Notes: generated by a model from the sequence alone, not told the origin. A DNA stretch of 64,000 bases from Eutreptiella sp. 'Long Island Sound 2002' (GCA_964036045.1 OZ038378.1:156922001-156986000); one strand, 5' to 3'. Positions 25,469 to 37,465 are shown, counted from the stretch's first letter. A program made the numbers and translations.

Positions 25469-27685
25469 GCCACAACCCCAGGACTATGTCATTGCGGAAC
25501 CTTCGAGAAAGAAGTAGGGGAAAGTGGGTCTAATAACGTAAGGCAGGATCCGTTTGCAAGAGGTCGGAAAATCACGGTGATACATGTATTTCCAGAGAGT
25601 CCTCTGAGGGAGCAGGATCGGCATGCGTAGTTGCTTGTAAAAAGAAATTCGGAATGCAATAGTTGCAACACGTAGATGACTGGGAAGTCAAACCAAGCAA
25701 ACAATGGCAATTTACGGGACAGTGAATGGCTAAGTAGTAGGGTGGACACGGGAGATGTCACGAAATGGGAAACCACCCAACTTTTGCTCAACCAACCGTC
25801 ATTTTGCTTTATAATGGTCTAAAAAGAACAAATGACGTCCCCCCGACCATAGCGTACATGTATACATGTGGACGGGCCAAATCGTGCTCATTTTGGGGGC
25901 AGAAAGTCCCTCCGGAACGCATCTTCAAGCCTAAAACAAGTTTAAAATGGTGCCTCATGCGCTATATATGTACACAATATGGAAGGGAAAGATAATTTTG
26001 TGGTGCAAATTGCATTGGGGACCGTCTTGCGACCTCGGTGAGGCGAAAAAGCAAAAAAAGCAAAAAAAGCACTTGTTAGGAAATCCCCATACTCCCTCCA
26101 ACAACAAGAAAAAAAGCTTTATGAAAAGGTAGTAACAACTTTTGGGGGGATGTCAACATCAAACGGCCTTCGCCCTGTCGAACCTCGAGCGTCAAACGGG
26201 ATGTCAAAGAAAATTGTGAAAACCAAATCCGCAAACTAACTCATATATGTTCCAATTTACTCTCCAATGTACCCGGCTAAACCCATTACTCTGCCCAAAG
26301 GCTGGGTACCTTTGCTCAGATTGTAGGTAGGTACGTATGGGCACCAAGATGGGCACACGATAGTTGCTCCAACGATAGGCACACCCACACACACACCTTT
26401 GGCCCCCTTGCACCCAACCCTTGTCTACAACATCTTTAGGCTACGATGTTGTCCGCAATATGACACCAACAATGTGAAGTGGAGACAGCTTTCCTTTTCA
26501 CCGTTTGTGCTCCCAACCTACGTGGCAAAAGGAGGCCACAAGGGCCAACATTGATGTTTTGCAAGTCATTTTGGTGCAAAGGAAAGGTAGTGGGTTCAAT
26601 GCTTGAGCCATGGTGTATGACCATGGGCATGGCAAGCTAGCATGTTAAGCGGGCTGAGCTCTAAGCTGGCATGTTAAGGGTGAAATATATTAAAATCCGA
26701 AAAATTTAGATCTCCGGCCTACCACCTCAACGTCGAATAACCCGAAAGTTGAATGAATGCAGTTTTGGACCTTGTTCACGATTTTGGCATCCAAATTTGA
26801 GCACTGTGCATCAAGATGCCAAAATTGCGGATATGCACCGCCGATCCAGAAATCGCGCTGTTTCGCGCATGATAATTTCACAGGTGCTCATCTGTATAAA
26901 TTTTCACACAGCAATGCATTCAGATCGATTTCTGGTGGCAGAAATCGAAATCGCAAAATCCGCCAGATGCCAGACGATACGCGCGCGCCCCGCCTGTTCG
27001 CGATATAGACGGAAGCTATATCATATATATATATATATATATACATTTATCCTCCAATCTACACCCCTCTCCCAACTCTAGGTGGCTCCACCACACGGCT
27101 CTAAGGTACGTGCGAAAGGCACTATACAAAAATTGGGCCTATGACCCGGATATCTGCGCTGTATCCCGGGGCATATGCCCCGGATATCTCCCTACGGTCG
27201 ATATCCGGGGCATATGCCCCGGGATACAGCGCAGATATCCGGGTCATTAGGCCCAATTCTTATATCCGGGGCATTAGGGCCCGAGGATATCCGCAGATAT
27301 CCGGGGCATATGACCCGGGATCCTTGCGCGCAACCCTTCCCTCGCCCTTGATGCCTCAACACTTCAAGTGGAACAAATCCGAGACACACTTTCTCTCATG
27401 GTGCTACAAGTAAGCTCTCTACAAACATGGAATATAGGCACATATTCCTTTGTCTACCACGCGCAGAACGGAATCAACGTTTTTTGTTCGTCAAAAATGA
27501 ATCCATAAAGTTTTGTTGTTCCGGGGGGTTTTCGAACGTGCCGGACGTCATGGAAGCATCCGTTTTGTTCATTTCCACCGTTTTCCATGTGAGAAGCGTA
27601 TCGTGCCGTTGCCTCTACCTTGGCTTTCGTGCTCCGTGTGCCGCGCGTGTTACGCGTGTTACGTGTTCTAAGCGTTCGCTTCTAG

Positions 27686-28452
27686 GTGTGCCTCTGGAAC
27701 TCGAATAACTCGTGTCGCATATCCGTGCAAGGCGTGTTCCGCGTTCCGCACGTAACCGACATCACGCTTCTGGAGGCCGGAACCCACGTTTTGCGCGAGC
27801 TACGCGTCCTCCTGTACCTCAGCCCTTTCTTTATGCCCGCACCGCTTTTCCCGGATAGCCACAAGCAGTGGCTCGCCAAGGGGGGCCACCTGGGCAGTTG
27901 GGGGAGCGCGGCCACGCTGAAGCACAACGCGTTCATCGTGTTCCAGATCAAACAACAGACATGTATGTGATTGTTCAATGGGGTGGAGTACGGGTGTTGT
28001 GCCTTTCGATGTCCCCCACGTCGATGTGGTTCGTTTCACATTTTTTTTTTCTGTTTCTGGGCCGTGCCACACATTTCTGCACAGCTGGGTGGCACGCAGC
28101 CTGGGTCAACCGCAAGAAGCCCGGCAGCAAGGATCGCCGAGAAGATGAGATGTACCTCACCAACGTCACCGCATATCAAGTATGCATGCATGACAAGTGC
28201 CATTATGTTCCGTTTCGTCGCACCGTGCCGGTCCCTAGTCTCCATTGTCGATCCATTTTCGATTTCGTAGAGGCAGATGTGGAGGAGGAGGGCGACGAGG
28301 CCGAGGTGGATGGCAGCGAGAGGGAGGAGAGTGAGGATGACACGGAGGAGGAGAGTGAGGAGGAGGGGGAGGAGGATGAGGAGGAAGAGAGTGAGGAGGA
28401 GGAGGAGAGTGACGGGGAAGAGGACGAGGACATGGAGGTTGACGAAGATTAG
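27686..28452 (+). CDS. Hypothetical protein with acidic tail (probably spliced 27962/28085)
   Basis: Donor ACAT|GTATGT and acceptor gcacag|CTGGG join the 27686 and 27868 frames in phase; D/E-rich C-terminus. Start unresolved. Confidence 0.4.
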
Positions 28453-28857
28453 GAAGGAGAAGGTGGTGGAGGGCGGACGTGGTGGAATCGTGAACTTCAT
28501 GGCCGCCAAGCCTCTGCCATCCCTACCCATGGGACCAGTGCGAACCCTGGGGGACAACCGCGTAGGCTGGATACCCAAACTGTGAGGACGCGGCCCCCCA
28601 AAAGTGCGCGCGTGTGCAATAGTGACGTGCTACGCGTGCTACGCGTTTTGCGCGTGCCGGAAGTCTGCTTCTAAGTCTGCCTCTAGAACTCCGTGCTGCG
28701 CGTTCTGCGCGTTCTGCGCGTGATGCGTGTGTTGTTTGCGTTCTGCACGTGCTGCGCGTGCTGCGCGTTTTGAAGCAACACGCGCAGCACGTATTGTGCC
28801 GCGCAGACCGCTTCCGGACAATAACGTCCCCTCCGTAGACAAAGGAATATTGATGGT

Positions 28858-29400
28858 CTATTGGGAGCCAATCATGTCTCTGACACAAGATTCGCAGGCC
28901 CAGGAACCAAACTTCGGAGGAAACCTGAGCTTGGCACAAGACATATGGCACACAGCATGGCAAATGTCACACGATCGTTGGACAGCAACTGCATTCTTCT
29001 TAATGGCATAATCACAACGGTAACGTAGCATTTCCTTTTTCACCTGCACTTCCTTTTTCACCTTTTTTTTGGGTTGCTCTTCAAATGCAGCCTGGGCAAA
29101 AGGAGATGGAATACTGGACAAATCTTGACTTACTGGGGCCTTGGCAGGTGCTGCTGGGGCAGCCCATGCACGAGAACGGTACATCTCACGTTCATATACA
29201 ATGCTCTCTTTCTCATTGAGCACATATATAGAAGGTTCTTTCTCACTCAATGGTGTGAGAGGGAAGGTGGCATACTCCTCCTCCGCTGTTAGATCAATGA
29301 CGATCTTCGGAGAGGATGGAGAAGGTGTCCTATCCCTCCGTTTCTTCTCTACTTTGACTCGACTGAGGCTAACACACACGACCTCACGCTTTGGTGACAA
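28858..29400 (-). CDS. PHD-finger-like protein
   Basis: C-terminal C..(YRCD)...CDICHAVCHMSC...WACESC matches C4HC3 spacing with the conserved W before the last CxxC. Confidence 0.6.
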   Translation of the reverse strand: MSPKREVVCVSLSRVKVEKKRRDRTPSPSSPKIVIDLTAEEEYATFPLTPLSEKEPSIYVLNEKESIVYEREMYRSRAWAAPAAPAKAPVSQDLSSIPSPFAQAAFEEQPKKKVKKEVQVKKEMLRYRCDYAIKKNAVAVQRSCDICHAVCHMSCAKLRFPPKFGSWACESCVRDMIGSQ

Positions 29401-31917
29401 AGTGGCACTATTAGAGGCCTTCTCTTCCTTAGCTCATTGGAACCGCCTCGGAAAGGCGGTTTCATTGATTGGTCACAACCCTCGGTGATTCTGTTGTTCG
29501 CGGTGATTAATCTACAAATTTGATGATTTCCTACATGCCCCAGGGATATCAGCAGATATCCGGGGCATATGACCCAGGATATCACCGCTGCTGTATCCCG
29601 GGTCATATGCCCCGGATATCTGCGGATATCCTCGGGCCCATGCCCCGGATATAAAGTGGTGCATACATGTGGTGGAAGGGGCTAAACTCGGTCAAAACGG
29701 GCTCAAAACGGGCTAAAAACACTTGTTTGAGCATCCCAAATGGTCCGGGATCACTTCAAGAAAAACGCGTTTTTGACCCATTTTTGACCCATTTTTAGTC
29801 CCAAAATGGCCCATTTTCAAGGCATTTTGGGAGTTTCCAGGAGCCAAAACCCGTCGCCACGGGCTCAAAATGGGCTAAAAACACTTGTTTGAGCATCCCA
29901 AATGGTCCAGGATCATTTTTGGAAAAACGCGTGTTTGACCCATTTTTGACCCATTGTTGGTCCCAAAACGGCCCATTTTCAAGGCATTTTGGGATTTTCC
30001 ATGGCCCAAAACGCGCCACCACGGGCTCAAAATGGCCCAAAAAACACTTGTTTGAGCATCCCAAGTGGTCTAGGAACAACTTTGGAAAAAATCAATTTTT
30101 TCGCCCCGGGGACCCTGGTGGACCCACCGTTGGCCCCCACTGTGCGTGGGCTAGCCGGCCCTCCGGCTGCACCAAGTGACCACTGGTACGGGGGTCTACG
30201 TGTCTCGTTCGGCGATTCTGAGGCTTGGAAACCATAAAAAGTGGGGGGTTGCGGGTGGACTAGGTGCCCTCAGAATTCGTTTTTGAGCCACGTAGCCCAA
30301 GATACGGCCCGTTCTTGGTTTCGGGGTGCTGGTGCACATTGCGCAGTTTTTGGGGCTTTTTGGCGCCTTTTTGGGCCGTTTCTCGGACATATCGTGGAGT
30401 TAGAGGGCACCAAAGGTCCCTTGGTCGCGAGAAAGTCAAGCCGCACGTGCAGTGTACCAGCCGTTTGCCTTCGTTTGGCTGTTTTTGCACCCTTACTAGG
30501 GCTGTTTTGGGCGAAAAATGGCTGTTTTTGGCCCAAAACTGCGCAGATTTGGGAGGGCACCTCCCGACTTGGCGCCACCGCCCCGGGCCGCCACCGGTGA
30601 GTTTTTGGCTCAAAACTTGGATTTGGCAAGGCCACCACCTAGGCTCTAGGATGGCTAACGTAGGGTCAAGCCCGAGGCGATGGGAAGGTGCAGTGGCCAA
30701 AACGGAATGGTGACGTGTTGTTGTTGTTGTTGTTGTTGTTGTTGCTTGTTGCTTGTTAGCTAAATTTAAGGGGAGAGGGGTGTAGTAATATATCCTCTAA
30801 TCTACACCCCTCTCCCAACTCTAGGTGGCTCCACCATACGGCTCTAAGGTACAGGCGAAGGGTACAACTTGGTGCATACACGTGGCGGAAGGGGCTAAAT
30901 GCGGTCAAAACGGGCTCCAAATGGTCTCTAAACACTTGGTTGAGCATCCCAAATGGTCCAGGATCACTTTTGGAAAAACGCGTTTTTGACCCATTTTTGA
31001 CCCATTTTTGGTCTTGAAACGGCCCATTTTCAAGGCATTTTGGGATTTTCCATGGCCCAAAACGCGCCACCACGGCCTCAAAACGGGCCAAAAACACGTG
31101 TTTGAGCATCCCAAGTGGTCCGGGAACAACTTTGGAAAAAATGATTTTTTTCGCCCCGGGGACCCTGGTGGACCCACCGTTGGCCCCCGCCGTGCGCGGG
31201 CCGGGCTGCCCTCCGGCTGCACCAAGTGACCACTGGTACGGGGGTCTACGCGTCTCATTGGGCGATTCCGAGGGGTGGAAACCAGGAAAAGTGGGGGGTT
31301 GCGGGTGGACTAGGTGCCCTCGGAATCGGATTTTGAGCCACGCAGCCCAAGATACGGTCCGTGCTTGGTTTCGGGGGGTTGGTGCATATTGCGCGGATTT
31401 TGGGTCTTTTTGTCATGGCGCCTCTTTGGGCCGTTTCTTAGACATATCGTGGAGTTAGAGGGCACTAGAGGGCTCTGTGAGACGTCGAAGTCAGGCCGCA
31501 CGTGGAGTGTAGCCATCGTTTCCCTTCGTTTGGGCGTTTTGCCCGGGTTTGGGGGCTATTGTGGGCGAAAAATGGCTGTTTTTGGCCCAAAACTGTGCAG
31601 ATTTGGGAGGGCACCTCCCGACTTGGCGCCACCGCCCCGGGCCGCCACCGGTGAGTTTTTGGCTCAAAACTTTGATTTGGGCACCACCTAGGCTCTATTA
31701 GGATGGCTAAAGTAGAGTCGGGCCCGAGGCGTTGGGAAGGTGCAACGGCCAAAACGGCATGGTGACGTGCTTGTTGCTTGTTGCTTGTTGTTAGCTAAAT
31801 TTAAGGGGAGAGGGGTGTAGTAATATATCCTCCAATCTACACCCCTCTCCCAACTCTAGGTGGCTCCACCACACGGCTCTAAGGTACGTGCAAAGGGCAC
31901 AAAGTGGTGCATACACG

Positions 31918-32726
31918 TGGGGGGGCAAAGTATGCTTCGAAGGTGAAGCTATGGGCCTCATGGTTTTGCATGGATGGCGGGGATGAACAGGCTTTTTTGA
32001 GAAGCCTGGACATCTCCGCCAACCTCAACCAAGAGGTGAGGGATGTGGAGGAGGACGTTGTCCTCTTTCAAAACCAATTTTTGACTTGCACTGTCATTTT
32101 GACAGGGGATGGGAAGGGGATGCAAGCAATGGGGGGGGCTGGGTCTAAGTGTTGGTTGTGCAAAGACCCCAATGGTATTGTTGAGCAAAGGGGGGTGGAG
32201 TCCACCTCAAGATGGGGGGCATTCTTGAGAAGTGTGACCCCTGATAGGCGGCCGGGGGACTACCAACATGCAGCATGCCGCATCCTAAACGGCATTGCAA
32301 AGCACATTGAGACCACCCTTCAGGCCCTCCCCCCTGGTACCCGTGGTAAGGCCCAAGCTCTTGCAGCTTTGCAGGCCTTCAAACAAGCCCTCAAGGATGA
32401 GACCTCAGGCATCCCTCTGAGGGAACGTCTCCCCTCAGCCTCAAGGGCCACAGAAAAAGATTTCGATCTTACAAGCACCAAATTTTTCCTAACCTCCCCC
32501 CCCTTCCAAAGGCAATTTGTGGATTGCCTCAAAGAGCATGTCCCCACAGTGAGGACCCCTGGGGGACCTCTGTTATGGGTTGTTGTGCATGTCATGGTGA
32601 AATGCATTGAGGGTTTGTATGAGCTTTGGAGGGTGAGGGAGATGTACACTCTAACCCAAGTGGAACGCCACCGTGCGTTGACCACAAAAATTTCAAAAGC
32701 GTGGGGAGACTCAGGTTGGTCCCCCA
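31918..32726 (+). pseudogene. Captured internal fragment of the RAG1/Transib-like transposase
   Basis: Inverted near-identical copy of 35581-36391 (11 aa differences over about 270 aa); lacks the first catalytic D and the E. Confidence 0.9.
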
Positions 32727-33991
32727 TCCTGAAGTGGCGTGTAGTTTTTGCCTTTTCGGGTGTAGCGTTGCAGAGCTTCGCCAAGCTGTGCGGTCGGACA
32801 CTGCGGCTGCTACTGAATGAGTTGTATGCAAGTGTTCACATTACATCCATTGCCCTGCCGGTGATGATGGGAGTGAGAGACTTGGTACAGGCAGTAAGCA
32901 GGATTCAGACATCCAGATCACGCGTGGAGCCCATAGAGATTGATATTGATGATATGTATTGGGAGCTTGGGAAGGACACATGCATGGACGCAATACGTTT
33001 TGCCATACGTATTAATTATTATTATTATTATTATTATTAATACAGCGCGTGAGTCCAGGCGTGAAAAGGTGATGACTTTTGCGCTACACAAGGGAGGTGA
33101 TAAAACGTTGGACCGTCTGGGAGGGTCGACGTCTGACGAATATCGAATCCTCACAGAGCGGGAGGTCCTGGACTTTGTACAGTGGGATCTCTTTCATAAT
33201 ACCATTGCGGTCATCGGCCGAATCATTTTGATGCAAGGCAAAAGGGGTGTCCCCATTGGAGGACACCTGGCAGGCCTCATTGCAGAGCTCTGGGCTATAT
33301 ATAACTATATGTAGCTGTATAAGCTGTAGCTGTATATAAACTGTAAAATATAGGTATTTCCTCACATTTCATGCACAAGGCGTAGCAACAACACAGTGCA
33401 CAAGTACAAGCAAGTTGAATGCTCTCGACATGGAGTTGACCAGGAGTTGGCGAATGTACAGTATCTGGGGTTGGCTTCGTAGTTACATATATGCAGAGCA
33501 TCGTGCGTTTGCGACCGAATCCGAATCACGCAGCGAGATACAGACAGCATGGCAGGCAGGGGTTGAGGGCCTGAAGCTGGGGAAGAGAGTGGAGGTAGTG
33601 CTGCCCGGAGCGGAGGTATTTATGTGCATGCATGACGCATCATCACATCAATTGCTGGGGGACATCTTGGCCTCAAAAAAGCGTCACACAATAGGACTAG
33701 AGGATGTCCAAAGGGCAGGCCTGAAGGGTTGGTGGTCGCCAGCAGACAGACTTCTGGCCTGGGTGACCATCGAGAACCAAGATGTACCGATATTGGGGAT
33801 TGTGCCGTGGGATTCAGCTCCTAGGGGGAGAACACATCATATACTCCAGCGCACGCCATGGAGAGACATTGAGCGGGTTCGAAATTTTTTGTCACAGTTC
33901 CACCCGTCAGATTTTCTGATGGGGGAACTAGGGTAGAAATCGACACCAGCAGAGCTGCAGGGACCATGTGTGCTCCTGGCCAGGTTTAGGG

Positions 33992-34022
<31 letters not shown>

Positions 34023-34546
34023 TCCTGATAAATATTCCAGAGAGCATGTCCAGCAATATAAAACAAATTGTTATGCAGCTGCTCAAGTCCATGTATGGTG
34101 TCCCTCTTAAATGGGAGGCACATGGCCCCACAGTCCAATGGTGTGAAGCATGCATACCACCCACAGCAGAGCTCAGACTATTACGCAAGGGTGTTGTGCT
34201 TGACTTGAATGATTATGATAGGGACCAGGCAGAATGGTCCAGATGGCTACCAGCCACGGCGCCTAATGCAGGTGGAGTGATGCAGGGGCAGATGCCTTCC
34301 CTGATGCAGAAATCACTATGGCTCACCCTCGCATGGAGAGACGTATATGCCAATGTCAGGTCATTAGTGTGGGGGCTGGGCATTACAGGTTATGGGCATC
34401 AGTGGTGGAAGCCACGGCTCAACAGGTGTGTAAAGCAATATGCCCTCAGAGCTCGGCTGCCAGAGGCGCTGGTTGACAGCTGGTACAAAGAGGGCAGGGA
34501 GCACGCCTCGCTGATCCAAGCCGACGCCACATTGCAGCACGAGTGA
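32727..34546 (+). pseudogene. Degenerate Penelope-like reverse transcriptase, copy B
   Basis: Colinear with 42260-44332: EIDIDDMYWEL, QGKRGVPIGGHL, LLARFRDNIY, WSRWLPATAPNA. Broken by insertions at about 33011, 33302 and 33997 and a stop at 33934. Confidence 0.9.
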
Positions 34547-35109
34547 GTGTCGAGAGAGCACAGGGAGCAAGGAAAGGGCGACAGTGGTGAAACACGCACA
34601 GCACGAGGGCCAAGGGAGGCGGGCCGGGACAAACCCGAGGGCGCAGCACACACACATGTGGAAGTCAGGGAGGGAGTGGCCTGGCCGCCAGCCGAGGGCC
34701 CGGGTACATGCAGTGTGTGTAAGTCAGTACGAGAGATGCCCAGAGCAGGACAGCGAGGTACGGAGAGTATGTCCTGCACGGAGCACCCAGCGAAGCCTTC
34801 ATGGGATGTACATAATAGAGCGATCACATGTGATGTTTGGTGCATGCCACAGTGATGCAAGTAGGTGTGTAGAAGTCATACGCAAGGGATCAGCGAGTAA
34901 GAGGGCAGAGGACCCCAACAAACACACAGACGTGTGTGGGATGCAGCGTTCTAGGGCGTGGTGCGGAACCCCTAGTTAGAACGCAATTTCTGGAACACCC
35001 ACCTACCCTCAATTTTGGGGCAAACCACCTAAAAAAATGGATTCAGCACCCTCAAAAACCCCCCATCCCCTTTCTTTCCCCACATAACCCGCATCATGGG
35101 GGTGGTTTT

Positions 35110-35245
35110 TGGGGGGGGGGTCAAAGAGTTAGAGCACAGTTAGAACAGAGTTAGAACGCAGTTAGAGCACCTTGCTCTAACTAGTTATCGCGCTAGTTAT
35201 CGCGCGATAACTCAGTTATCGCGCAGTTATCGCGGGTAGTTATCG
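35110..35245. repeat. GTTAGAGC / GTTATCGCG repeat array (mostly opposite orientation to the other arrays)
   Basis: Repeated TAGTTATCGCG and GTTAGA(G/A)C units downstream of the transposase. Confidence 0.85.
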
Positions 35246-35317
35246 CGCACCCCTCCTCCATCCCTCACTAGGACAAACAACACAAAACACTTGGCACAAA
35301 GCATCTGTGGTCGTTTT

Positions 35318-36976
35318 TCATACAAAGTCATCAATGTCTGAGGCCTTGGCTGCCTCCAGTCCCAAAAGCCCTTGCTCCAGGGCGTTCATGGACATGCAAT
35401 GGTGCATGTGGCGGAGGGACATACTTGGCCTCACCAAAGACCAACCCTTAAAACAATTTTTGAGCCTCCTCTTGTAAGGCCCATGCCGATACTCCGTTGG
35501 GATGGAGGAAAACTGAAAAATGTTCCTCCATTTCTCGGCAAAAAAGGTGGAATGTGCCAAGCACCAATGGATCCACCTGGTGGGGGACCAACCTGAGTCT
35601 CCCCACGCTTTTGAAAATTTTGTGGTCAACGCACGGTGGCGTTCCACTTGGGTTAGAGTGTACAACTCCCTCACCCTCCAAAGCTCATACAAACCCTCAA
35701 TGCATTTCACCATGACATGCACAACAACCCATAACATAGGTCCCCCAGGGGTCCTCACTGTGGGGACATGCTCTTTGAGGCATTCCACAAATTGCCTTTG
35801 GAAGGGGGGGGAGGTTAGGAAAACTTTGGTGCTGGTTAGATCGAAATCTTTTTCTGTGGCCCTCGAGGCCGAAGGGAGGCGTTCCCTAAGAGGGATGCCT
35901 GCGGTCTCATCCTTGAGGGCTTGTTTGAAGGCCTGCAAAGCTGCAAGAGCTTGGGCCTTACCAGGGGTACTAGGGGGGAGGGCCTGGAGGGTGGTCTCAA
36001 TGCGCTTTGCAATGCCGTTTAGGATGCGGCATGCTGCATGTTGGTAGTCCCCCGGCCGCCTATCAGGGGTCACACTTCTCAAGAATGACCCCCATCTTGA
36101 GGTGGACTCCACCCCCATTTGCTCAACAATCCCATTGGGGTCTTTGCACAACCAACACTTAGACCCAGCCCCCCCCATTGCTTGCATCCCCTTCCCATCC
36201 CCTGTCAAAATGACAGTGCAAGTCAAAAATTGGTTTTGAAAGAGGACAACGTCCTCTTCCACATCCCTCACCTCTTGGTTGAGGTTGGCGGAGATGTCCA
36301 GGCTTCTCAAAAAAGCCTGTTCATCCCCGCCATCCATGCAAAACCATGAGGCCCATAGCTTCACCTTCGAAGCATATTTTGCCCCCCCCCATACATTAAC
36401 CCATACATCCGCACGGGTAGAGGATGCCTTCCACAAGGAAGTCGCATCAACTGAAATAACAATAATGGCAACGCCACTAGGGGGGGGTTTCCCAATAACT
36501 CGGGCCATAGATATTGCATTTTGCACAATTGATTGCAAAGGCACATGGGCAGCTGCCCTATTGCGGCCTGTGGTAGACTTTACAATGGTGGTTTGGGGAA
36601 AGTAGGGCATGATCCGTTGCCGAACGGTCCTTAGGTCCCGTTGTGTGCAACGGCGGGGCATTCGCAAAAGGGCCCGTTGGGAGAGATGCATGCTGCATGC
36701 CATGCGTAGCATGCTCAGGGCCTCATGCTCCTGAGCTGTTAATGCAAGATGGCCGCCAAGTGGGCCAGACAGGGCAGTGCACGCCCCACCACTTAAACAA
36801 ACTTCGCCTTTGGTGTTGGTGCCACACACGACGTCTGGGTCACCCAATAGAACTCGCACCAGCCGCTGAACCGCCTTCAAACGCCGCCGCCGGGCCTTGG
36901 GGCACTGCAGATCGGTGTACCGCCGCAGGTTGGCTGTGTTGAGAGCCCGCAGGGCCTCATTGACAGCATTGTCCAT
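35318..36976 (-). CDS. DDE transposase, RAG1/Transib/CMC-like (552 aa from ATG 36976)
   Basis: IIVISVDA (D177), VILTGDGK (D260), CWLC (C2C), PGDYQH, W.HWCLAH (H4H), SSIPTEYRH (E495). D-E spacing is 235. Acceptor cgcccag| at 36992. Confidence 0.8.
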   Translation of the reverse strand: MDNAVNEALRALNTANLRRYTDLQCPKARRRRLKAVQRLVRVLLGDPDVVCGTNTKGEVCLSGGACTALSGPLGGHLALTAQEHEALSMLRMACSMHLSQRALLRMPRRCTQRDLRTVRQRIMPYFPQTTIVKSTTGRNRAAAHVPLQSIVQNAISMARVIGKPPPSGVAIIVISVDATSLWKASSTRADVWVNVWGGAKYASKVKLWASWFCMDGGDEQAFLRSLDISANLNQEVRDVEEDVVLFQNQFLTCTVILTGDGKGMQAMGGAGSKCWLCKDPNGIVEQMGVESTSRWGSFLRSVTPDRRPGDYQHAACRILNGIAKRIETTLQALPPSTPGKAQALAALQAFKQALKDETAGIPLRERLPSASRATEKDFDLTSTKVFLTSPPFQRQFVECLKEHVPTVRTPGGPMLWVVVHVMVKCIEGLYELWRVRELYTLTQVERHRALTTKFSKAWGDSGWSPTRWIHWCLAHSTFFAEKWRNIFQFSSIPTEYRHGPYKRRLKNCFKGWSLVRPSMSLRHMHHCMSMNALEQGLLGLEAAKASDIDDFV

Positions 36977-37039
36977 GAAGAATAAGAGGACCTGGGCGCG
37001 AAATGAGGGAGGGTTTTGAAGCAAGGGCCCAAAAAACAC

Positions 37040-37230
37040 ACGCGATAACCCACGCGATAACCCCCGCGATAACTAGGTTATCGCGCGATAACCCCCGCGA
37101 TAACCCCCCGCGATAACTAGTTAGAGCGCGATAACCCCCCGCGATAACTAGTTAGAGCACCCAGTTAGAGCGCGATAACCCCCGCGATAACTAGTTAGAG
37201 CAGGGGTTAGTGCGCACTAACTGGTGGTGT
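37040..37230. repeat. CGCGATAAC(TAGTTAG) array upstream of the transposase acceptor
   Basis: About 9 CGCGATAAC units. Confidence 0.9.
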
Positions 37231-37465
37231 TAGAGCAAGCGTTGGGCACCCTAAAACCTTCACAAACGTTGATTTTGCACCCAGGAAACCTTGGAGATGT
37301 CAACAATGTGCAGGCACGGGGTACATGGCGCCACAATCACAAATTCAAATCAGTCACACAGTCTTTTGGATGATTTGGATAGGGTGCCTCTCAAATCAGT
37401 CAAGTCAGTTGCCCCTCCTCAGAGTCCACAGAGTACAGTAATAGAAATAGTGAACAATAATCGAA

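Larger units (their letters stand above)
27125..29651. mobile_element. 2.5-kb insertion with palindromic GATATC/CCCGGG subterminal arrays, carrying two convergent ORFs
   Basis: Splits unit U1 (GGCAC-TA...TA-AAGTGG, compared with the uninterrupted GGCACAAAGTGG in U3). Arrays at 27140-27322 and 29533-29651 are inverted relative to each other. Confidence 0.6.
27049..31920. mobile_element. Head-to-tail array of ~1.05-1.2-kb Helentron/HINE-like units (U1 27049-27122 + 29652-30791; U2 30792-31826; truncated U3 31827-31920)
   Basis: Each unit starts ATCCTCCAATCTACACCCCTCTCCC and ends (TTG)n...GGGAGAGGGGTGTAGTAATAT, giving asymmetric 15-bp subterminal inverted repeats. Short hairpin GGTGG-CT-CCACC; internal ~185-bp tandem repeat; no TSD seen. 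Classification is inferred. Confidence 0.6.
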
